From assembly GCF_006345805.1 (NCBI RefSeq), contig NC_043011.1, forward strand, positions 26,486,464 through 26,550,463: a stretch of 64,000 nucleotides of DNA, written 5' to 3'. Below are positions 11,066-23,240 of the stretch, piece after piece (position 1 is the first letter of the stretch; each line of letters starts with the position of its first letter). Under the pieces are notes generated by a model that had not been told where the DNA came from, did no database searches, and was given only the letters and a program-made list of their open reading frames with translations. Source of the DNA: Octopus sinensis. Taxonomy: Eukaryota. A program made the translations under genes and the position numbers.

Positions 11066-14010
11066 AGTGGGATAAAGTAATGAATACACACAAACACACA
11101 CATATATGTATATGTATCATCATCATCATCATCATCATCGTTTAACGTCCGTCTTCCATGCTAGCATGGGTTGGACGGTTCGACCGGGGCCTGGGAAGCC
11201 AGGAGGCTGCACCAGGCTCCAGTCTAATCTGGCAGTGTTTCTACAGCTGGATGCCCTTCCTAACGCCAACCACTCTGTGAGTGTAGCGGGTGCTTTTTAT
11301 GGGCCACTGGCACAGGTGCCAGGCGAGGCTGGCAACGGCCACGATCAGTTGATTTGTATTCTACGTGCCACCGGTATGGAAGTCAGTCAAGGCGGCGCTG
11401 GCAACGGCCACATATATATATATATATACACACCCATGCATATACATATATACATGTGTGTGGGTGTGTGTATGCATGTATGTATGTATAACAGTGTGTT
11501 AGTGTATTATACAAGGGAGACAATTTTAACATTTCTGAAAAGAATTCTCAAGTCTAGATCCTTACATAAATAATAGATATTTTCTGTTTATTCTTATTGC
11601 CCTTTAATATACCTTAATTTTTAATGGAAAAAAAATATTACATATTAATCAAGTAAGTTTTCAAAAACATAAACTGTTACATTTATAGAATGAACAATGT
11701 TTAATAAAAAGTTTAACATGAGTAACTGTAACCTTTCCATACATGATACAATGCAGATTTCAACATTAAAATGGCTGATTGCATACCTGCAAGTGTTTTC
11801 AACACTAAACATATAAAATAGAAAACAATTTGAACCAGCACACAACCAAATACTTATTTTATTGTCTCGTCTCAAACAACTCTTCAGATCACTGGTTTTA
11901 TCAGGAAATTGATAAAGGTTATTACCCATCTGTAGATATTTCTGATCATGAAAATGCCAAGTAAATTGAATTGATCGTTTAACAACAGTTAGATCAACTA
12001 AAAACAAAGCATAAAAGTCACTATCTTTTCACTGCATGACATACATACATCACATAGTTGTTCATTTTTTCCTTATAAAAAATCAAAATCAATATCTTCT
12101 CCTGAAGGTCAATAACTAGTAGTTATTTAATATTTTATGTGGAGCTTGCAAGACAGTGTGAGCATTACAACTACTTGAACACACACATCATTACTTACAT
12201 TGGCACAAGACCAGAAAAGCACACAAAAGCAGTATTTAATCACATCAACCATTGCTGGTTAAAAGCCTTTCCTTTTCACTTCCATAACTTTCAGTTTTGG
12301 GTGCCCAATCTCTAATTTTCATCAAATCTATTCAATTCATCCTCCTGCCTTACTCGTTATCATCTCTTTCTTTTGCAGTCCCTCAAAACCCACCTTTTAT
12401 CTTTTACTTGTTTCAGGCACTGGGGTACCACCTTCAAGAATTTTAGTCAAACAAATTGACTCTAGTACTTATTTTTTAAGTTTGGTATCCATTCTATCAC
12501 TCTCTTTTGCTGAACCACTAAGTTATAGGGATGTAAACAAACTGACATCAACACACACATATAAATGTGTGCATGTGCGTATTGTAATATTAATAATAAT
12601 CCTTGGATGAAATTTATAAACATTTAATGCATCACTACATCTGTTTCCACTAATCACATGTCTCTTAAGATTACAGTCCGTATTCCTGGGATGATTGCAG
12701 TGTAGTTTGTTGTTTCCATGGGCTTCAGATAGATCATCTTCATGGAAATTCATTTCTTCAGGAGATATAGCATTAATGGATGTTTACCAGAAGGATGTTT
12801 ATCCTTTTTGGCCAGTGCGAAGGTTGGTTGAGTTACATAAAATTTGGTAGGCAGAAACTGAAAGAAGGCAGCAAGCTGGCAAAAACATTAGCACGCAGGG
12901 CGAAATGCTTAGCAGTATTTCGTCTGTGGTTACATTCTGGGTTCAAATTCCGCTGAGGTCGACTTTGCTTTTCATCCTTTCAGGGTAGATAAATTAAGTA
13001 CCAGTTATGCACTGGAGTCAATGTAATCGACTTAATCCGTTTGTCTGTCCTTTTTGTCCCCTCTATGTTTAGCCCTTTGTGGGTAATAAAGAAACAGGTA
13101 TTTCGTCTGCTGTTACGTTCTGAGTTATAATTCTGCCAAGGTTGACTTTGCCTTTCATCCTTTCGGGGTCAATAAATTAAGTACCAGTTACGCACTGGTG
13201 TCAATGTAATTGACTTAGTCCCATTGTCTGTCCTTGTTTGTCTCCTCTATGTTTAGCCCCTTGTGGGCAATAAAGAAATAAGAAACTGAAAGAAGCCCAT
13301 AGTATGTGTGTGTGTGTGTGTGTTTCCCCTCCACCACTTGTCAACTGGTGCTAGTGTGATTATGTCCCCATAGCTTAGTTTTTCAGCAAAACACTGATAG
13401 AATAAGAGCCAGGCTTTAAAAAAAAAACCTGGGGTTGATTTGTTTGGCTAAAACCCTTCAAGGTGGTGCTCCAGCATGACTGCAATCCAATGAGTGAAAC
13501 AGGTAAAAAATAAAAGAAAAAAAGATATAAGTTGACCAACATATTCCTGGTTACAACAGGTAACTAACTAATCAGAATGCCGCTCTACTTTTCCCATCTT
13601 TTACTGGGCCTATGCATAAGGTTTTGTATAGACGTCCATCCCCAACACATTTCCTGTATTCACTTTCTCTTCTAGCCCCACCTTCTCATTCATTTCAGTC
13701 TCCACCCTATCATTCATATCTCAAATTTTCCCAGTTGTGATACTTGTTCACTGCCATTCTTTACTCTCTGTTTGCCTCATGGTACTAGCATGAGACGGTC
13801 TGAATTGCAGGAAATTGTGCTTTCCACTCCTTAATGTAAAGTTACCCCATATAAACAACTTTGAACAGTATTCAGAACATATTACCGACACCACTCCCCA
13901 GTTGCCTATCTTTCTCTCACCCACAGCTTTTTCCTCACCTCTCGACCCTACCACCTCTCCCTTTCTGGCCTTATACCCCACGATCACCACACTCTTCTAC
14001 TTTTTAATTT

Positions 14011-14745
14011 AATGGTTACTGCGGATCTTTTCCTTTTGAACGGCACTTTTCAACACAATTTCTAGTTAACTAAACACTTTTAAACTTCGTATACTGGTAG
14101 AATGTGTCAAAATAAAACATCTTTTTCTCTTGGCTTTCTTGAGAAAATTGTAATTTGTTTGTTTAACGTAGTTTAATTTTTTGAATTTTAACCAATCCTA
14201 TTTAGCTAAAATCATTTGCTGCGTCTAAAACAGACAACATCCTGTCACTAACCCTAACCCTAAATTTTAGCCCTTCGTTTTTTTTTTTTAATTGTTAAAT
14301 TAATTTAAGGATAACAATTAAGAAAAAAAAACGAAAGGCTAAAACGAAAGCAAAAACTCAAAACAAAAACAAAACGAATAATTTTAGACACACGCGTAAC
14401 AATTAAATTAATTTAACAATTAAGAAAAAAAAACGAAAGGCTAAAATTTAGGGTTAGGGTTAGGGTTGGGGTGAGGGTTAGGGTTAGAGTTAGGGTTAGT
14501 GACAGGATGTTGTCTGTTTTAGACGCAGCAAAAGATTTTAGCTAAATAGAGGGCATAGGATTGGTTAAAATTCGAAAAATTAAACTACATTAAACTTACA
14601 AATTACAATTTTCTCAAGAAAGCCAAGAAAAAAAAATGTTTTATTTTGACACATTCTACCAGTATACGAAGTTTAAAAGTGTTTAGTTAACTAGAAATTG
14701 TGTTGAAAAGTGCCGTTCAAAAGGAAAAGATCCGCAGTAACCATT
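14011..14745. mobile_element. Foldback (long-TIR) non-autonomous element with internal TTAGGG repeats
   Basis: Arms aatggttactgcggatcttttccttttgaacggc... and ...gccgttcaaaaggaaaagatccgcagtaaccatt; degenerate (TTAGGG)n at about 14451-14498. Confidence 0.85.
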
Positions 14746-15464
14746 CAAAACAGACACTGAAGTATGATGCGGTCCTTCGAGTCATCGGATTCAGTCGAAC
14801 CCTCCAATTTATGTTAGCATGGAAAACGAACACACACACACACACGTAGATAGATAGATAGATAGATAGATAGATATACGACGCGCTTCTTTCAGCTTCA
14901 ATTACAAGGCTTTTGGTCAGCCTGAGGCTATAGTAGACACATGCCCAAGGTGCCACACAGTGGGACTGAACTCGGAACCGTGTGGTTACTATACAGCCAC
15001 TCCTGCGCCTCGATACGTTCCGAGTTCAAATTCCGCCGAGGTCGACTTTGTCTTTCATCTTTTCGGGGTCGATAAATTAAGTACCAGTTACGCACTGAGG
15101 TCGATGTAATCGACTTAATCCCTTTGTCTGTCCTTGTTTGTCTCCTCAGTGTTTAGCACCTAGTGGGTAGTAAATAAATATATATGTATTTATATACGTG
15201 TGTGTGGATGTGTGTGTCCCAACACCACTGCTTGACAACTAGTGCTGGTGTGTTTAAGTCTCCATGACCTAGCGATACGGCAAAAGATTACGAAAGAATA
15301 AGTACAAGGCTTAAAAAAGAAAATAAGTATTAGGATCGATTAGTTCGACTAAGGGCGGTGCTTCAGCATGGCCGCAGTCAAATGACTGAAACAAGTAAAA
15401 GAATAAAGGAATATATATATATATATATATATATATACTTTATTTAAAGCAGCAGAAAATTCAA

Positions 15465-15514
15465 CAAAACCTGTTACTCCGAGTTTCCCGTTGCCGTTCA
15501 TCGGACTGTTTTTG
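15465..15514 (-). ncRNA. Hammerhead-like motif, U4C variant with weak helix II
   Basis: CAAAAACAGU-CCGAUGA-ACG[GCAA]CGG-GAAA-CUC G GAG-UA/ACAGGUUUUG. Confidence 0.5.
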
Positions 15515-15517
15515 CTA

Positions 15518-15565
<48 letters not shown>

Positions 15566-15692
15566 TTAGAGATAAAATCACTATTAGGCAAATCAAACAG
15601 TGAAAAACATAAACCAAAACATAGAAATAAAAATATTTAAATTTAAGTTAAAAATTATTAATTTATTTTTATAAATTTTTACATATATATAT

Positions 15693-16070
15693 CTTTCTCT
15701 TTTACTTGTTTCAGTCATTTGACTGCGGCCATGCAGGAGCACCGCCTTTAATCGAGCAACTTGACCCCGGTACTTATTCTTTTGTAAGCCCAGTACTTAT
15801 TCTATCGGCCTCTTTTGCCGAACCGCTAAGTGACGGGGACATAAACACACCAGCATCGGTTGTCAAGCAATGCTAGGGGGACAAACACAGACACGCATAT
15901 ATATATATATATATATACATATATACGACGGGCTTCTTTCAGTTTCCGTCTACCAAATCCACTCACAAGGCATTGGTCGGCCCGAGGCTATAGTAGAAGA
16001 CACTTGCCCAAGGTGCCACGCAGTGGGACTGAACCCGGGACCATGTGGTTGGTAAACAAGCTACTTACCA
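15693..16070 (-). mobile_element. SINE, fourth family with an internal (CA)/(TA) microsatellite
   Basis: Near-identical copy at 18010-18400 and many fragments throughout the window. Confidence 0.8.
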
Positions 16071-18213
16071 CTTTTTTTAATTTTTTATTTATTTATTTAA
16101 GAATTTTTTTTTTAATAAATATATATAACTATCAAAAAGTATTAACAGTTTAATATAAGATAAAAAGTATACATATATATAATGTATGTATGTATATATA
16201 TAAGCGCAGGCGTGGCTGTAAAGAAGTTTGCTTCGCTACCACATGGTTCCGGGTCCAGTCACACTGCGTGACACCTTGGGTGAGTGTCTTCTACTTCAGC
16301 CTTGAGCTGTCCAAAGCCTCGTGGATTTGGTAGACGGAAACTGAAAGAAACCCGTCGTGTGTCTGTCTGACTGCCTGTGTATCTATGTTTATCCCCCACC
16401 ACCGATTACGACCAGTGTTGTTTACGTTCGGCGAAAGAGACCGTGATCGATTAGTTCGATTAAAATTCCTCAAGGTGGTGTGCCCCAGCATGACCGCACT
16501 CTAATGTATATATATGTGTGTGCGGCCGAACTGATACTGGGCTTGTCATTTTTGATTCCACTCAAACATTTTTTAAATTTCTTCGGCCTCGTAGGCTTTT
16601 GTTTTTCACTTTCAGTGCACTGGAATTCATCCAAACGTTATTTTCACATTAACAAAAAGTGAAAGATTTCGAATAAAAAAAAAATTATAGTTAATCCATT
16701 TTTTAAGCGATAATCTGCAAAGGCTACAAGAAAGTAAATAAATATGTATATTTATAAGCGATAAGCTAACAAAACATTTTGAAGTTCAATAAAAAAATTA
16801 AAAAATAGTTGGTAGTTTGTTTCCAGACTTGAAAAAATTTACTTATGTTGCTAATGCAGGTCATGACTTGAAAACTTTTACTGGCATACAATACAAGAAT
16901 GAATGAAATATATATATATATATATATATTTCATTCATTCTTGTATTGTTTGTTTCTTTTTTTTTTAATTAGTGTTATTCCCAGCTTAATTAATAGGGTA
17001 GATTTATTTATTTCAAATGTATTATTTCTAAGTCAAAAGTTCAGAAACTCAACTGAAACACTGGATTAAAATGAGTTGTTTTATTCATTCATCTCTCCCT
17101 ACCCGACCCTCATCGATATAAATTATATTTTTCATCATTCCAAAACCAACTAAATAAAAAAAAAAGACATATAGACGTATAATTTACGATTCGATCAACT
17201 ATACATCACCACCACCCTTGAGAAAATTATCCTTGTGGGTTAAACCAAAGGAAATTATGAAAAGATTTCCTTTTTTTAATCAAACGCCAAATATTCAGAA
17301 ACAACTAAGTCGCCAATAACTCGATTCAGCCGCTTTCAAGTCTCACTTGTAGCAGTTTCCCTTACTATATATTCCCTAAATCCACTTGAAGTAAGGTACG
17401 ATCTTCTTAAAACCACAATTCATTTCGTATAATTCCAAAGAAAAAGTATCTAAATTTAAATTATATAATTGTTGGCGAGGTAATTTGTCAGCACCCGGCA
17501 AACGGCGTTTACAACCGGATTTCAATTTCCGGTAGTAGATAATTCATTGTACTTATGCTTATACGAAGAGGATCTTCACTTTTTTCGGATTCTTTCCTAC
17601 AATTCACTTAAAATCCGCGAATTTCTACCACAGAAACAATTATTTACGGACAAAGAAGTTCTCACAAAGAGTGAAGGTCGTGTATCCAATAGATTAAATT
17701 AAAAAAAAAAAAAAGAAAGAACACGGAAACTAAAGAAAAAAAGGAGTTGTAAAATGTGAAATATGTACCACAGATGCCGAAACGAAAAACCTTGACACTC
17801 ATCTCACGCTAACTGGAAAAACCAGGTGATAAATCACTATTTTGCAGTCATTTAAATTGAAATAAAAAGTAATAAAGTTATAAAAATACATGGATTTAAA
17901 AGATTATGATATTTATATTTCAAAAATATAGGCAAACAAAAAGTGTATGCATGTGTGCGTGTGCGAACATACAAACGCGCGCCCCACTCAACACACACAT
18001 ACACACATTTTTTTCTCTTTTACTTGTTTCAGTCATATGACTGCGGCCATGCTGGAGCACCGACTTTAGTCGAGGAACTCGACCCCAGGACTTATTCTTT
18101 GTAAGCTTAGTACTTATTCTATCGGTCTCTTTTGCCGAACCGCTAGGTTACGGGGACGTAAACACACCAACATCGGTTGTCAAGCGATGATGGGGGTGGA
18201 GGGACAAATACAA

Positions 18214-18246
<33 letters not shown>

Positions 18247-18533
18247 CATACACACATAGATACGATGGGCTTCTTTCAGTTTCTGTCTACCAAATCCACT
18301 CACAAGGCTTTGGTCAGCCTGGGGCTATAGTAGAAGACACTTGTCCAAGGTGCCACGCAGTGGGACTGAACACGAAACCATATGGTTGGTAAGCAAGCTA
18401 CTTTATTTTATCAAATTTGCCAGAAAGGCAGTACATAGAGTAAGGTAACTTGCAGGCTGGACAAGGACATTAATGAGGTGAATGATAATGCTACTTACCA
18501 CACAGCCACTCCTGCGCATACAAAAAATGTGTG

Positions 18534-18653
18534 ACGCTTACAGCACCTAGGTTTCCCAAGCGGTCACCCATCTAAGTACTAACTAGGCTCAACGTTGCTG
18601 AACTTCGGCGACCGGACGAGAACCAATGCTTTCAACATGATATGACCATATTG
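18534..18653 (-). pseudogene. Dispersed, diverged 5S rRNA copy
   Basis: Minus strand reads TATGGTCATATCATGTTGAAAGCATTGGTTCTCGTCCGGTCGCCGAAGTTCAGCAACGTTGAGCCTAGTTAGTACTTAGATGGGTGACCGCTTGGGAAACCTAGGTGCTGTAAGC. It is collinear with metazoan 5S and carries many transitions. A T6 run follows at 18522-18527. Confidence 0.9.
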
Positions 18654-19299
18654 TTTGTTTGTTTTTTGTTTTTTCCAGTTTCAGCTCTTGAGCTGTGGCC
18701 ATGCTGGGGCACCGCCATTGTGGTGAAAGAGTACAGCAGGGATCACCACCCCCTGCCGGAGCCTCGTAGAGCTTTTAGGTGTTTTCGCTCAATAAACACA
18801 CACAACGCCCAGTCTGAGAATCGAAACCGCGATCCTGCGACCGCGAGTCCGCTGCCCTAACCACTAGGCCATTGCGCCTCTAGGCCATTGCGCGTATATA
18901 TAATATTTATTTATAACTCTCAAATGTATTGAGTACCTAAATATCCTGAACCTATTAACAAGTGAGCTATATACATACATGCATACATACATATGCATGA
19001 GAGTGGGGGAAGTCAGTGTATGTATACCATCATCATCATCATGGGCCGACAGAATTTGCTGGGGATTTTCTATGACCAGATGCTCTTCTTGTTGGCACCT
19101 CCCAACTAGTTCCAATCAAGGTTGCAATTCCTCATGGCCAGACATATTTATGAGCTAGGGATTTGTGTGCATTGGTGAGAAACTTCATGTTTATCATTCA
19201 AGTGGTCTTTATTATGTGGGTCCATTCTTGAAGATATTCTTGGGTAATAATAGCACTAACCCAAATAGGGGTGCAGTATTCAATCATGAGTACTGCACT

Positions 19300-20300
19300 C
19301 ACATAGAGGATATGCAATTCCTGGAAAATGAAGTATTTATTTTCTGACTCTGGAGAAGATAGTCATTGTTATGTTAAGCATATTCACCAGGAGAGAAGGT
19401 GAGCCCTAACATTTGAAACAATTTTAAAGATTCTAGTTACATACTCTCATAAAGGGTGGGACCAACAAAATGTTCTTGGTATGTGCAGTGATTGTCACTT
19501 TTTGATAATGATAAAAACAAAACTGGTATGATTCCATTTGGGCATGTTTTCAAGGCATCTGTTAAGAGACCCAATATAAATTTTGTTTGAGATATTTATA
19601 CTGCACACAGACAATTCTTTGCTGCAGAAAGAGATGGTGCCAAGTAGGTTGTTGACATATAGGTGAAAGAGTGTTATGGAACACAACCAATCCCTTGTGA
19701 ACACTGTAGCTGATAGTGTGAGATCAGAGAGTGCTCAGTTAATACATGCCACGCTAGTACAATCTAATATAAGAATGGCAATCCAAAAGATGAGAGACAA
19801 ATACAGCTAGCTCATAGGTAAGCAATTTTTCTACAAGATTTGCATGCTGAACATGGTCAAGAGTAACAACAACACTGTTTTCCTAAATTTCTCAAGGAAA
19901 AGAGTTTACTGGTATGTGAAACAGGAGAGTGGGTCTTCAATGGGTCTTTTTGAAAGCAATACTGATGATCTTTTGGAACGTAAAAAGACTCATGATATTG
20001 ATAAGGGTGTTGTTACTCATTATTTCCATCATATTTATGGTGCTGAAAGTGAGTGTATAGGGTAATCGTTGATAGGATTAGAGCAGGTTGTCCTTGGAAA
20101 TGAGACTTACTGTAGCATTTTTTAAAACATCAGAATATATTTCCCACAGAGAGATAGAGAGAGAAATTGAAGAGTTTGATCAGCATGAAGAATAACTCTA
20201 GAGCACGCTGTTCAAACATAATGGAAGTGACATTGTCAGAATCAATCGCTTCCTTAGTTTGAAACAACCAGAGGAGCTTTCACACCTACAATATATGTAT
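19300..20300 (-). mobile_element. Highly decayed LINE RT-like fragment
   Basis: ORF 19495-19704 contains ITLFHLYVNNLL, resembling the RT SPxLFxLYINDL motif; boundaries approximate. Confidence 0.4.
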
Positions 20301-22560
20301 GCTTCATACTTGAAAGGAATAGTTTTAGAAGAGGCCTACCTAATGCATGAAGTGTAGAGTAAAATGCAAAGTGGTCAGTAAATGTATTGGCTTTCTCTGT
20401 TGGAATATTGCTTTTAGAACCATTATGGCTGAAGAGTAGAGATAAGTTGGATGCTGCAAAGGTGGTAGAGGTCTTTTAAGCAAGGAACCAAAAGGATCAG
20501 CTGCAATCTTGGAAGTGAGAGAGCATGCACACACATACACACACACACGCACACACACACACAAACACACACACACTGCAGACACTCTCACTTTGGATGA
20601 TGGTTTTTGCAGGATTTAAAGTGTTGGGTAACTGACCACTTTGTATCATTGGCTGATTTTCTCCAATGTGATAAGCTGTGTATTTTGCTTGAACTGCAAC
20701 AACACGGCTATGAGTGAACTACTTGGGCGACTTAAGGCTGTGAATTTTGCTTGTGTATGGGGTATGGAAGGACATGCATTAGAGGGTGGTTTTAGCCACC
20801 CACCTTGCTTAATGGGTCAAGGCAGGAGCATTAGTACTACCAAAGATAGTTGCTATAAAACTGGAAGACTGAAGCTCTGACCAGTCAGATGACTTGCAAT
20901 GCCAAATAGTTTGGGCACCAAAAAGTTGAAATGGATAGTATGTGAACATATGGTGAGTATATGAGATGAAGTAGGGGTCAGATGACTAAGCTTTTGAGGA
21001 GAAATGCCTCATCTCTAATCACTGACTCTCTCTAAACTGTAATGCACATTTTATATTCTATTTTAAGCTTATTGAACCATTTTTTCACAGGATTTCCTCG
21101 ACTAATGAAAGGAAGTTTCCTCAGACCATTGATGTGCTCTAAATTCTTGCAATAGAGTAGACACTTCTCAAAGACCCAAAGAACTTGTTAGTGTGCACCT
21201 TAAATAAAGCAGTAAGCTACTATGACACATTCACAGTTCCTGGTTCAAACCAATTTATGATGTTAATGTCAAAAGAAAGATTATGATTATCTCAACTATC
21301 CAACAACTGTCTGTTTCTACTGTTTAAATACAAGCCAGTGAGAAACCCTCTAATTGGTCACTCAACATGCCAGAATTGGCAGCCAAATCCCCCTCAAATC
21401 ATACCATAGCATCTTCAAATAAAAAAGGACGTGTTGTGAACCTAAAACTCTATGCCACACACACACAAAAGAAAAAAAAACCTGTGGTACAAGGCTGGAG
21501 TACTTGAAGGAGAATAGATTATTTATGTATTTCACATACAGATAAAATTCATGAAATCAGACACAAAATATCCAGTTGTTGTACTCACTGCTCTGATAAG
21601 CTATTCTCTATCAGTCATCAGAAGCATCCAACAAAGGGCAGTTCAGTCTAAGTCTTCTAGAGGTAAGGTGAAAGATATGATTTTCATTATTTTTCCCAAG
21701 GGCATTGGGTGACAAAAGTCTGTCAAGTGAAATACTTATAACTGTGAATGAATTCAAGAACATCCAAAAGCAAATGTTAGCAAACTTTTCTTAAATCTAC
21801 AAAGAGTTTGCCACTTCAACCTTGATATCTTGTAATTGCCAATGTATGAGAGTTTAGCTGTACATAGAGAGGTTTTGAAAGAGTTTGACCTGTTCACATA
21901 TGCATATGATATTTGTGATACGAAAACATAGAAAAATAATTAGAAATATGCCACACATACTCAGTCAGATACACTAATAGGGAAGCCTATATATGGTCAC
22001 TCAATCTGCTAGAAAGAGTAGTTAAATCTAGTGCTACACAGTGGGACTGAACCACATGGTTGGAAAATGAACTACTTAGCTATACAACCATGCCTGTGCC
22101 TATATACATATACAGGTTGTGAAGTAAGAAATTCTCTTTCCAACTGCATAGTTTCAGGTTCAGTCCCACTTCATGGCACTTTGGATAAGTGCTTTCTATT
22201 ATCACCTCCGATTGACCTAAGCTTTGTCAGTGGGTTTGATACAAGGAAACTGAAAGAAGCCCATTATATATATGTTTGTGTGTTACAGCTTCTCTGCCTT
22301 GCCATCACATGATAGTTGTGAGTGTCACTGCCATGCAAGCAGTGTTCTTTATTTCCAATATTCTGTACAAAACATCTGGCCTTAGGGAAATATTCCCTTG
22401 GAAACAGGTGAGAGTTGATGATAAGAAGGTTATCCAACCATAGAAAATCCACCTCAACAACTTCCATCTGACCCATGCTAGCATGGAAAAGTGAATGTTA
22501 GATGATGATAATGGTGATGAGGATGGTGATGATGATGATAGTGATGATGATGATGATATA

Positions 22561-22722
22561 CCGTATTTTAATGTGTATAAAGAACTCCCTAATTTTTGGG
22601 ACTTAAAATTTGGAAAAAAGGTTTTGTAAGGGATTATAATACTATCCATGTATAAGAAACTCCCATATATTTTTAACCTAATTTTTGACAAAAAAGGGTT
22701 CCTTATACACATTAAAATATGG
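22561..22722. mobile_element. Tigger/pogo-like MITE
   Basis: TIR ccgtattttaatgtgtataa / ttatacacattaaaatatgg, with TA on the left flank. Confidence 0.65.
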
Positions 22723-23099
22723 CATATGAATAGATAAATACACACATGCACACACACACACATTATTGATAGCCCAAGTTGTGAAAGAGGTTTAACACTG
22801 TAGATTAGGAAGACAATCAGCTTAGATGAAATGCAGAACAGATAAGTACCAGAAAGGGATGCTAATGGTTCCTTCTTCTTCATGCAAGAAGTTTCTAGCT
22901 AAGAGTAAGCTTCTCTACTGAGCATTTATTGTTTAGGAGAAGCCCTTTGACAGCTTATAAAGCTCTGGTAGGTTTTAAGAAAACAAGATGCTGATAAATG
23001 GTGCAATCCATATACTGAGATCTCACTTTCAAAGTGAGACTTTGCAAATAGTTAGAGGAGAATTTTGTGTGTGTGTGTAAGTATTCATCAAAGCTCATT

Positions 23100-23240
23100 T
23101 CTCTCCTACCCTGATGTAATCTCCAGGGATACAGGCATCCAGCAACAGGACCTCCGTAATACCATGATGGACCGTGAAGTCTGGCGTAGCATGGTAAATT
23201 CCATTGTCTTGACCACGGTCGAACAATGATGATGATGATG
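23100..23240 (+). mobile_element. RTE LINE 3' tail
   Basis: YPDVISRDTGIQQQDLRNTMMDREVWRSMVNSIV... followed by an (ATG)n tail. Confidence 0.65.

Noticed and set aside
12523-12753. 76-aa ORF that looks like unique sequence
   Set aside because: There is an in-frame stop shortly upstream, no recognisable domain, and the ORF runs into a SINE.
21585-21625. Minus-strand CTGATGA followed by a 6-bp stem
   Set aside because: No GAAA or NUH segment follows the stem; it is an ordinary hairpin.
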